From Phoronis australis (lineage: Eukaryota; Animalia; Phoronida): a stretch of 64,000 nucleotides of DNA. Each line of letters opens with the position of its first letter. The stretch's first letter is position 1. Made by a program: the position numbers and the translations under genes. Positions 40,302 to 52,300 of the stretch are shown piece by piece. Below the pieces are notes generated by a model, which was given only the letters and a program-made list of their open reading frames with translations, searched no databases and was not told the DNA's origin. The stretch is taken from positions 156,044-220,043 of the forward strand of contig NMRA01000583.1 of NCBI GenBank assembly GCA_002633005.1. Direction: 5' to 3'.

Positions 40302-43300
40302 GTAAGTACGCCCTGTAACTAGAAATGAACGGGATTTGGTGATTTTACCCCAACTCATTTTATCACCCGTAAGGTGGAGCGAAAGCATTAGTGAGCTTTA
40401 ACATTCCTTTCGTTTCTCACTCACTGAGCTATGTGTTTCATAAAATGCATACTGTATCTACCAAGTCCAAAGGGCTAACAATTATTAATTTTGCAGCAAA
40501 CTGTTTTTAAAATTGCCTTATCGTGAAGTTGGATATTCTGTCAGTGCTCTATTCCAAGAGCTGTCTATATTGCTCGATACCTGCGTTGAACTGATTGCAT
40601 TTCGTAGAAAATTTCGACCATTTTGTGAACAGTGTAGCACTTTCGTGCACTTGTATGCATTGATTCCAGTCACTTTCATTCTGGCATTCAACATTTCATA
40701 TTCGAGAGTGTGCTGGGACACGCCCTATACAATTGGTGCTACTTTAGAATGGGCAGAACGTAATTAAGATTGCATTAGATTTTGCAATATTAACGGAAGG
40801 GGGATAATGCTTAAGGTTAGCTAAAGCAATCGAACTTATTCTTGTTGACCACAGTTCTTGCAACCAGAAAGGAAGGCAAGCATTGGTCTCCGGACTGTAT
40901 TTTCTCGTTTGGTGTTGAAGGCCATCTCTGCATTGTATTCCGAAGTCGAACATTCTCTACTAAATTTTGAGCTATGTTTTACCGAATTGCAAGTTCATCG
41001 CACAACATATCAACATATGCGTTTCCATTTCTCCAGTTCACTCAATGTGGGGCCAATGGTTTGCGTGGAAGCCCTGCTCCACAACGTGTGGGCCAGGTCT
41101 ACAAGTTCGCGTACGCATCTGCCTAAAAGACTTCTCAGAAATGCGGGCAAACGCCAGCAGTTGTGGAACTGATTCAAAGGAGGTGCGACCATGTCCTAGT
41201 CAACCAGAATGTAAGAAACAGATGTCGTTTCCTCGCCCCTCTGAAAATCGCCAGAGCATAACATGTCACATGTTTTTTAAATACAACTTTTAATTGCACT
41301 CTTCGTTGAGATTGTCAACACCCAGATAGTTTCACTTAAGATCTATCTGCCTCCTAGAAAACTGACAACTAAGGATTTTGGCTATTATACATAAGTACGA
41401 AGAGCGAAAGTAAAATATTTCATATTTTGGCAATTGTTTCGTTACTCGGAAACTAAAGACATAGGTATGTGAAATTTTGAGAGAAAAAATAATCGAAAAG
41501 AATTCGTATTTTTTTAGCTCAGCTCTGTCGAACTGTGTTTCTGGTGTAATTGCTGCCAATTCGATCGTCGTTGTTCAAGCCTCGAAACTTCTCAGTGTTA
41601 CCATCTTCTTTGAGAGGATCTGCAGTCCTATTCATATGACTGTCGCACACTTTCATGTATGTAGAAACCAGAGAATATCTGTGACAAAAACGGGTGTCGA
41701 CATAAATAAAAAGCATCACTAGCCCTCGAAATCTGAATTGAGATCAAACTCGTGCCGTTGGCTCCTTATAATTATGACAACAAAGTCTGTTTAGTAGCGC
41801 GAGGCAATTCCGATCGATTGGCAGTGAAAAAGTTCAGCAGTGTAGCCTAAGACAATGCGACGGCCGTGCCTGTTCTAATGGCAATTGTAAACAATGTCTT
41901 TTCAGACCGATGGGAGTGCTAGATGTAATGTTTCCAGATCACTCATTCTGAGATGGCGTCCCGGTTTTGTAGCAAAAGTGAATTCCATTGAAGCCCGGCA
42001 ATGGCTGGCTCAAATCTGTATTTTTCCAGTTGTATGCACCCAAGATTGTAAAAATCGAAGAGTGCCTCGCGTTTTTTGAAGCATGGAACTGGTAATGAAT
42101 AATCAAGCTGTAATTTTGTGGTCTGTTTAACTACCTCCAACATTTCATTGAACAGCGTTTCGGCCTGACATTTTCTGACCATCGTTAGGCTTCCATTCTT
42201 GGTTGAAGAAATGAAGAGCCAAAACAACGTTTCGTTGAAATTTTGGGGTTGATGAGAACAGACCTGGAGACTGCAAATGCAATTATACAGAACAACATCG
42301 TCACCTGAATGCAGATTCAGAATACTGGGGAAATATTGTTTAAAGGCCAAAATGCCTTGAATATGGATCTAGAATCATTTTTAGAAAAAGTGGGAAACCT
42401 GGTTTCTAGCCTAACTACAGTATGCCAGATTTGACCAGTCGAATTTTGCCTTTCTAGCCATCTAACTACACCGTAGCACAAATAAAATGGCAGTTTAATA
42501 GTCAAGAGCAATTTTCAATGGGTTTGCCTATTATAACACACGCCGATGAACTCTTCACCCTTTCTTCACTCTGTCGAAAACGTTATGCAGAAAACGAAAC
42601 CGGTTTTGAGTCAAATCACCACAGAAACCTTATTATTTCTTGTATTTTTACTCTTTCACTCCTACTGCAAGGTAGGTTACAGAAAAAAGGATTAAGTACA
42701 CAAAATCAGTATCTTTAACCCCTAAAACACCACTTCCCTGCCGATGAACGTCATAAGCCAACGTTAGGATCCTAAAACCAAATTTCATACAGTGTAACGA
42801 TTCAAAAATGTGGTCCAAAAGATCTGTCAACCAACTATTTTTTTGCAATTCTGGGGACTACCTGAAATTGCATACGATTTCTCAGGCGCTGTCCATTGCG
42901 TAGATAAAACCGGGGGCCGCCATCTTAAATAAGGGTGCAGATATAGACGAGCAAGTGGTCTTTTCTCATTCTCAATATATTCAAAAATCTCCAAAAAAGC
43001 ATTCACTGAGACTTCGTGCAACACCTACCTAAAACTCCCCCCCTCAAGCCTGGGCTACCCCCATATTTTAATACTTTGGGCACTGCAAATTTGCCATGCC
43101 ACACAGCCTCTGGTGAACCCGTGTTATCTGGAGACTCACACGGTCGCTTTCGCGTTGAACGTGCAGGCGAAGCTGCGCTTTGCGGCTTGTAGCAAGTGTG
43201 ATATAACAGTCATTATCATCGCTTACACCTACAAAGAGTCTAGGATAGCTTGGTTTGCGGCCATTTACAATGCACTGGCCGTCAGTAAGACCATATGCTA

Positions 43301-46300
43301 CCTCGACTGACACGTATATCTCTTCACTTTAAGCACTTCCATTGTAGGTGATCTGGCAGAGCCTTTCTTAATTTCCCCAAGACAACCTCAAGGTAAGTTA
43401 AACAACCTTCCAACTAAAAGCATACTAAGAACATATTGATTCATGCAATTGCACTCAAGAAAATCCCACGTCGAGGCACGGCGGTCCATCATAACAACTC
43501 AAGGTTACGTCATCACCTACTTCAGGATTCAAGTTGGCGGGTGCTTCTGCTTCACTCTAGAACGTCTACGAGCAATTTGACAAAAGATGGTCAAGAACAT
43601 TCTTGTAGAATAACGAGTGCATTGTTTATCGGCCCTTGATAATGTCTTAATGTCATTCCAGGGATAATAAATCATTTATGTTGTTTGTGACGTTTCAATA
43701 TTTAGCAGGAGCATTTGGAATTTCTAATCTTAGAACAAGAAATATAATTGGAGTAATGAGACGATGAGACCAGTGGAGAGTTGATGGTACTCAAAACACA
43801 AGCTATCAGCAAGTAATTTTTTGTTTTTGCTTTCAGTGCAAGCAATTTTGAGACGCAAGAACGCAAACTGACACTAATCAAATAGATTTCATATGAACGG
43901 TTCGTTGTGAAAGTGAGAGCACATTAAACCGGTATCAAACGCGATGACGAATGACAATTTTCTAAGGGATATTTTATATAAGGACATTCTTTGCATAATC
44001 TATAATTAAAGTCTTGTATGTCTATTTCAAACGTAGCTTTTGCATTTGTTATCGTTTTCTGTTCCTGGAGTATATGCCTTTTTGTGTCGGAACAGCTTGC
44101 GTATCTCCATGAGCTCTAGAGCTTTACCTAGGGTCACACAAGCGTTGAGCGTAAGGTCAAATTTCCATACCCTGTAAGAAATCATTGTTCCTGACACAAA
44201 CGAGAAGTACAAGTCTGAGATTCTAACCTGAGCAGACTGTGCTCATCAACCATTAAAGGCAACCAATCTAGGAGAAGGGTACTCCGAAATAAAACCATGT
44301 GCTGCCACGATCGCGAAGAATATTAGCTAATGACAGGATGCAGAACTTCTGTACCTGTATAACCTACCCTACAGAAGAGAACTAGAAATGCACTTGTTCT
44401 ACCCATATGGCCATGCAAACAGATATTGGATGACATGATGCTTGTCCCGTGGTACACCGTGCGATGAGAGCGCCTCGAAAGGACACACCTCTAGTGACTG
44501 GTGACTCGAATCAAAGACTCAACCGAAGACAGCAACATTAAATGCTAGCCAGTCAGCATAGTCAGTAGGAAACGTAACTTTCACCGCTAGTCTTCGTAAA
44601 ATGGAACGCTGGAGGTCCTCGCAATAAGAAATACAAGCTCAAAACAGAGCAAGAGTGCACCTTCTGTATCCATAAGGCACAAAATATAGATGGTCATCGC
44701 TTCTCTTCCAGAGGTTACGATCTCTGCCGACATGACGGAATCAAACGTTCCAAAGGAGGCATTTTCACCCTCATAAGGAACACCATCCGAGCAATAGAGA
44801 CTGGGAAGTCACTAGGAGACAGTGAATTCATTGCAATGAAAGCTTTATTCCACGGGAGATAAATCATAATCATCAATTTCTATTGCTCACCTGACAAAGA
44901 CCTGCATCTCTATACCCTTTCCCCGTCTTCCTAAGACCTGCTTACATCCGGGACTTTAACGGGCACTTACTAATCTGGGGATATCAAGACCTGAACAGTA
45001 GAGGAGAACATATCGAAAACTTTATGACCAAAAACTGTCTCATCCTCATCAAAAAGCCCGACGTCAATTCAACCTGCCTGCCCCAAGCCTGAAGCATGTA
45101 TTCCAGACCTCGCTATAGTCACAGAGGACACCCAGAAGATATATGACAGGAATTTTGAAAACCAGTCCTGCTGAATCTCTCATTAGCAGAACAACGCTCA
45201 TCGACAACAAAGCAGCCTGAAAAAGACCTAACTCCAGAAATCACAACAATCTACAACACAGCAAGAGGTGCATTTGATGAGGAGAAAGTATGTCAGGAGA
45301 CTCACACTGTTCTGAACTTAATTGTTCGTTCTCACAAAGACCCTAAACGACGGTCACCAGTTCACTCTAAGAGCAAGGCCACCAAAAGAAAACGGAATAC
45401 TTACTCTGGGAAAAGTGATGTCTCCCTGCTTGCAGAGGATTTTAGAGATGACATGCTCTTAGATACACCCAGAGAGAAAACAGTAGAGGTATAAACAAAG
45501 GGAAAGGGTGAACTTACGATGCAGTAAAATGATAATCTGACGACTACACCGCCAAAAAACTGAATAGTTCCATCAGACAGCTCAAGACCAAGAAGGCACC
45601 TGGAAAGGAAGGCATCAGAAGTGAGATGATTGAACACCTGGGCAATCACGTCAAACAGAAGCTTCTGGACATTTATAACTAGTCTTGGTGAGTAGGGGTA
45701 TTTCCGGTCAGCTGGATGGAAGACATAATTATTCCAATCTTGAAGAAGGGGAAGCAAAGCAAAGCAAAGCAAGAGCAGCTATCGTCCCATCAGCCTCCTC
45801 AGCTGCCAAAGCAAACTCATGGAACGCATGGTCAACAAACACCTGCAATATCACCTGAAAAAAACAGGCAAATTAACCCCACCCACTCAGGCTTCAGGAA
45901 GAATAGAGGCACAGGAAATCAGATCACACCGGTGACCAACACATAGAAAATAGCTTCAAGCTGAGAATGAATAATAGAAATCTTTTTAGACCTAACCAAG
46001 TCCTTCGACAACGTCTGGAAAGCTTGCTTTTCAAGCTCCTCTAAAAGCATGTTTGTGGCAAAATATATACATGAATGTGAATGAACAGATATGCGCGAGA
46101 AAAGCTGGAAGGACAAACAAGGAGTACCCCATGGCATCATAATTGTGCCCACGTCCTGTGTTGTCTTTATTGATAACATTGTTGACCACCTGCCCATGAA
46201 AATCTAAAGGCTTCTGTATTTAGACGTCTGGCTGTATGAATAAAAGCAGACTACATCACCATTGCAGCGTATAGGATGCAAGAAGCCACGAACTTCATCC

Positions 46301-49300
46301 TCAATTGGTCTAACGGTGGATGGTCACGATCAACACGATCAAAACACGTGCTTCTTCCTGTCTCGCAAAAAGAGAATTCTCCCTTCAGCCAGAATATTCC
46401 CCACCAAGCAATCCCTACCTACTAAACTAGCAAGAGGCTTACTTGGTCCACATGCTGCGATTACGAAACTGGGTGGTACCAGGTGGGGCGCTAATGTGAA
46501 GATCTTGACTAAAGTTTACGCAGGATCCGTCAGACCTCAGATGAAGCACGCCTCAAGGGCATGGTCTATAGCTGCCAAAACCAACACTGACAACTTAGCC
46601 AAGGTCCAGAATGCTGGCCTGGGCTAAGCAACAGGAGGCGTGAAGACCCCCTATCACTACAAGGGAGGACAAGGCGTGCTTAAACTCACTGAAAGAGCAA
46701 GAAGATGAAGCGACTTCCATCACTTCCACTGCGCTAAAAACTCCAAGCTCCAATCAAAACCCGCATTAAGAGACAGGGCCCAAACCAAATCATCAAGGTG
46801 TTTTAGCAGAAACACCAACCACTAGAAATGCTCAGACTTTCAAGAATGGTCGCTGGACGCTCCTCCTTTCATTCTTGACATTCCTGGGATTCGTTCAAAT
46901 CAGACAAAGTAGAGGCTGTTTTGAGGGCCCTAACACTCGAAAACATAAACATAAACTATTTCACCACCACCTGGACCCGAGGCTATACAGATGGATCTGA
47001 TGAAAATGCTGTCAGAAGCCGGGGAGGTGGTGTAATCATCATATACCCAGACGGCAGTATTCTAAGCAAGTCCATTACCACAGTCCTTCACTTCACCAAC
47101 TACAGAGCTGAGACAAATTCTTGTACCAGACACTGAACTAGCAAACAATTCTGCCGGATTAGACAGTATTTCTCATAGACCTCCAATCGCTCCTGCAGAG
47201 CCTACAAACGAGAGGAAGGAACTAAATCATACAAGACATCAACCAGGAGATGCACATTCTCTACATCAAAAGCCCTGTTGTGCTGCAATGGATTCCTTTC
47301 CACTGCGGCATCAGCGGCAACGAGGAATCAGACAGACTCTCTAAGGCAGGGTGCAAACTGGAACAGACGCAGAACCCATCATCGTATGGATAAACAGAAA
47401 CCCTATTTTGTATCCAGTTTAGAAATGACTGGAGGGAACGCCTACGTCTGGGGACTCTATAATACGATATTTACCAGCTTGACCATCAAGAACAAGTCGC
47501 CATCTTCAGCCTACGAGCTGGTCACTGTGAGCTCCTCTTCTACACGCATCGCCTGAAAATCACTCACACAGACCCCCAGATACCTGAACACTTACTACTT
47601 ATCTGCCCTACGTTCGACACCCTAAGGTGCCAAACATGACCCATTTCAGTGGAGCTGAAATTAAAACTACGGGGCCTCTCATCGATGCGACGAAGGCCAC
47701 AGAAATTGACCAGAATGCAGGACTGGTGTAATTTTTTATGATTTACATACCAACTTCTTTTACGATCTTGTTTCGTACTTTATTTTGATCGTGCCTTCTG
47801 GAGTTACAATTCACAAGGCCACAAGCAGACATAAGGAAGCTCTGCCCCAAGAGACCTATACCAGCAATATATGATGCAGTAACGTGGATTTTTAGCAGTT
47901 GGTTAACTCATGGTTATTGGGTAAAATACAATAGTAACTGTTTGGTTAACAAAGTAGGTAAGATAATATTCTAAAATATGACCATTTTTCTAGAGAGGAT
48001 AAAAACATGTTAGGCATCTCTTGGCCCCAAAGGTCTAAGACAATTAAATTCAGTCGTCCATTGCAGTAGAACATTGTATTTCTGAGGCTCTCTCCCACCT
48101 ACCTAGTTCTCGTTCAACATATGTAATTTCTTATCAGAAATGGAGACTTGTACTTTGACCACGAACAAGAGGTCACCATAAAGTAACCGAAATTTATGCA
48201 TGTACTCGAAAGCAAATGAGAAAATTAGAAACATTGAAAGCAAGCAGGAATGTAGTATTTGTTAATTAAACAAGATTTTTTTCTGCATTTTGCACAACAT
48301 CAGTTTTTGTAGCAGTGTCGTAGCCCTGAAGTCATTTTTGTACTTGCTTTAGGGAGAAGGCAACCTGACACTAATCAATAATAGTGTTCAAATCAACATT
48401 TTTTTATCAAATTGGGAGCACATTAATGATATATCAAACGTCCCGATTAATCTCTTGGGACGAAAAAATGTCGAAGGAAGACTTTGTTTGAATAATATGT
48501 AAAGATATGGAAATGCCATTCTTCTGATATTATGAATTGCATGCACTATTGTGTACACTATATGCATGTACATAGTAACTGCGTTGTTCCGGGCATTTCT
48601 ATTTTAGTACAGATTTTGATTTGTTACCATTTGTCTATTATTCATTTGTCAAATATTTTTACCGTCCCATTAAACATGTTGTTGTCATCATGATTTCTCA
48701 CTAAATTATTTTGGAGTTACAACTAAGTGGTCACAAGCAGAAGTCATTCCTACGCCTTGCTCTCAAAAATCAAACACGTCAAACTTTACGTGTGTATTAC
48801 AATTTTCTGCATCCTGTTACTGTACCGTAGACATGTACACTTGACTCTTGCAAGGTCAACAACAACAACAACGTGAGGCACAGTCGTAGTAGAGCCGATG
48901 TCTCAAACCACTGATGTGGCCCGAATTACATTCAAAATCCCCACCCCCCCCACGAGACAATCACGCAAACGCCGGTTCATGATAGACACAGTGACCCAAA
49001 AAACACTCAAGTGCTAATTACTATTCAGATCCGTTACATCCCTACGAACTGTGCTTGCACCAGTGCCAACGAACAAGTCAGTAGGTGTCCCACCGTTACA
49101 AAAGCTGGAATAGGGAAATCCATTTAGGAAAGACTCAGCAACATGTTATACAAGAACTCTTCGTCACCTGGCATCTGGATCCAAGTACCACGACATGCAG
49201 TATGCCTGGAGGGTCCCCCACAACACCATAAGCATTGTAGTCAGAGAAGTGTGTGAGGCCATCATTAAAGAGTATCTGGATGAGCAGTTGTCACCTCCAA

Positions 49301-52300
49301 CCACTGAGCAAGGCTGGCTGCAGCTGGCAAATGACTGGTACGAGAAATGGAATTTCCCCCACGTCATTGGTGCTATTGATGGGAAACATGTGACGTGCAA
49401 GGCTCCCCCTAATTCTGGATCTGAGTTCTACAATTACAAAGGTTTCCTCAGTGTGATCCTGGTTGCCGTGACGTCTGACTACAAGTTCTTGTGGGTGGAT
49501 GAGTCTGGAAATGGCTCAGCTTCAGATGCTCAGATCCACAACAACAGTGACCTGAAAGATGGTCTCGAGAATGGCACCATCACCTTTGTCTTATGACACT
49601 CAAGATGTACCCTACTTCCTGGTGGGATACGATGCCTTCAGCCTGAGGACCTACATGATGAAGCCCTATGCAGCTAAGAACCTGGAGAGGGAGTACCGCA
49701 TCTACAACTACAGGCTGTCCAGATCCAGAAGAGTGGTGGAGAACTCGTTCGGCATCCTGGTGAACCGTTTTCAGGTCCTATTGACCACCATGAATCATCA
49801 CCATGAGACCGTCAGATTGATTGTGAAGGCCTGTGTACTCCTACACAACACCATGAGAAATCGATACCCAGTGCTCCAAAATTGGTTGATGTCCAAGATG
49901 CCAATGGCAACATGCAGCCTGGTGCCTGGCGACAGGGACGGAACTTGGAGGACACCAGCTTTGTGCAGGCCCCAAATAGAGCTTCAAAGGAAGGGAAGAA
50001 GCAGAGAAACTTGCTACGCCACTGGTGCAACTCTCCAGCTGGTGCTGTGCCCTGGCAGGACCGTGTGGTGGATATGAATTTGTGAATGAATGCAGGATGG
50101 ATGCATGTGTGTTTTTTAAAATAAATAATCGATAAATCATTTTTGACACTTGTTGTTTTTTCATGAATTTGGGATCATTATAACAAAAGGATGCATGTGT
50201 GTTTTTTAAAATAAATAATCGATAAATCATTTTTGGCACTTGTTGTTTTTTCATGAATTTGGGATCATTATAACAAAACATCCACAATGTAGTGAAATAC
50301 CTGTCATCACACAACCTAAAAGTCCTAAGGTATAATTCAAGAAATAACATACCAAAATATTGGTAATTTCATTCATATTTATCACTGATTGGAACGGTTA
50401 CATCATCTTGTGCATACGCAGTTGAGACTGAAGTATGTATAACTGATATAAAAAATGTTGCAAACCCTCAATTTATGCCATATAGCTTTTTTACTCTATC
50501 ATTTTGGACCCACTGAATAATATTTTTTCACTATTTCTTTCACTTCTTATTTCTTAATTATTTATTTATTTTTTCAGTTTATTATTTCTCTTATTTATTA
50601 GTAATTTACTAGATTCTCTCTTTTTGCTACTTTCTTAAAATTAATTTTTTTTGAATTTCTTTGTTTATTTATTTTTTTATTTATTTATTTTCCATTGCCC
50701 ATTCAATTTTGAACCTTTCATACAAAAATTAAGACAACTTTTTATAAAGAACAATAACAACATTTATTTACGTTCATATACATTTAGCATCTGTAGTCTT
50801 TATCTTGCTGCCCTGGAGCTGGGGGTGTGCCCAGAGACTGGCCGCTTGTCCTTCTGGATTCACTTCCCATGAGCTGGCTGTCAACACTAAACGATGATAG
50901 GTTTATAGAACCATCCAGCACATCATGGCTGGAGGAGAGAAGCTGGGTGATAGATCCGGAAGACAAACGCTCCCCACTTGAAGTGCTTGGCATCTGGCTC
51001 TGGCCCTGACTCTGTTGCTGGTACTGCTGGACGGGTTGCTGCTGCTGCTGCTGGTACTGTTGGTACTGCTGGACTGGCTGCTGCTGGTACTGTTGGTACT
51101 GCTGGACTGGCTGCTGCTGGTACTGTTCGTGCATCACAGGAGGAGCAGACATCGTCTGTGGAGGTCGTGGAGGCTCGCCGTCATCTTTTTGGAAATCAAT
51201 GAGGGTGCAGATATGAGTCCTCATCTTCTTGTATTCATCCACTGGGGCTGCACGGAGACTGTCTGCCACATATTTAATGAAGGCCTCCCGTTCTGAAGCA
51301 GCCGCCTTTTCTTCAATAAGCTGCGACAAGAGCTGCTGATGTGTTTTCATGGTCTCCCGGAGCTCCTGCATCCACTCTTCTTCTTGATCACCTGCTTTCT
51401 TCCTCCTCTTCTTGTAAGTTGTCCTGGAAGTCTGGCTGGAAATCTGGGCTGCCTCGGCTGATTCTCGTTCTACGATGTCCAAATTATCTTCTATTTGTGA
51501 AGCAGGCTGGTCACTGTCTGCCTCACTGTCACTATTCCTAACCGCTGTAGGCTGCCTGAAAGTCAGGGCCAAGTTCTTCATGGGTTCAGACCCGTCATCA
51601 GCAGCAAGGTCAGCAACAAGGTCAGCAGCAAGGTCAGCAGCAGGAGGGGCAGACTCGTCTGATTCTGCAGCATGAACTTCCACTTGAATTGTTTGATTAG
51701 GAGGTGGAAGGGTAGGCGACCTCCTAGCAGCAGCACGGGTAGCAGGTTTTTCAGCATCAGCAGCAGCCTCTGGTGGATCCACATGCTCTTCTTTATCAGC
51801 AGCCTTCTTCTGCACCCTTGTCTTTGAGGGCAAGCGACTTTCCTGGGTGGCATCTTCTTCAAGTAGTCATGAAGCTAATGAGGATCAAACGATGTCTTCT
51901 GAATCGGCAAAATGTACTGAGGAACTCCAACCAAAGACCGGTTTTATAAGCACGCCGAGGGAGCGTTTTTCGTGCGTGATCTATCAGTGGTTCATGCGTC
52001 AGACATGTGTGAAACGAAAGTGCTTGTAAGTGGAATGTGCGCGAAGCATTAGTGTTTGATCGTGATCCGTCAGTGATTCATGCGTGAGGCATGCGTCGAA
52101 GGTTCGTGGAATACCATATCATTTTGGCTGTTATGCGTCGATATGCGCGATATGTCAGTGATTCATCAGTGATTGTAAGTGATATGTGCGTGGGCCATAG
52201 GTGATTCGTCAGTTATTTGTCAGTGATTTCTAACCTCTACACCCGGAAAATTTTGTCAATTTCTCGACGATCAAAACACGCACAAATTGAATTTGTGCGT

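Noticed and set aside
49841-50350. 169-aa minus-strand ORF with an internal 30-aa repeat
   Set aside because: The repeat is just the 90-bp tandem duplication; the rest is antisense to the transposase
50827-51675. Leu-rich and Ala/Gly-rich plus-strand ORFs
   Set aside because: Antisense shadows of the CAG-rich Harbinger ORF2
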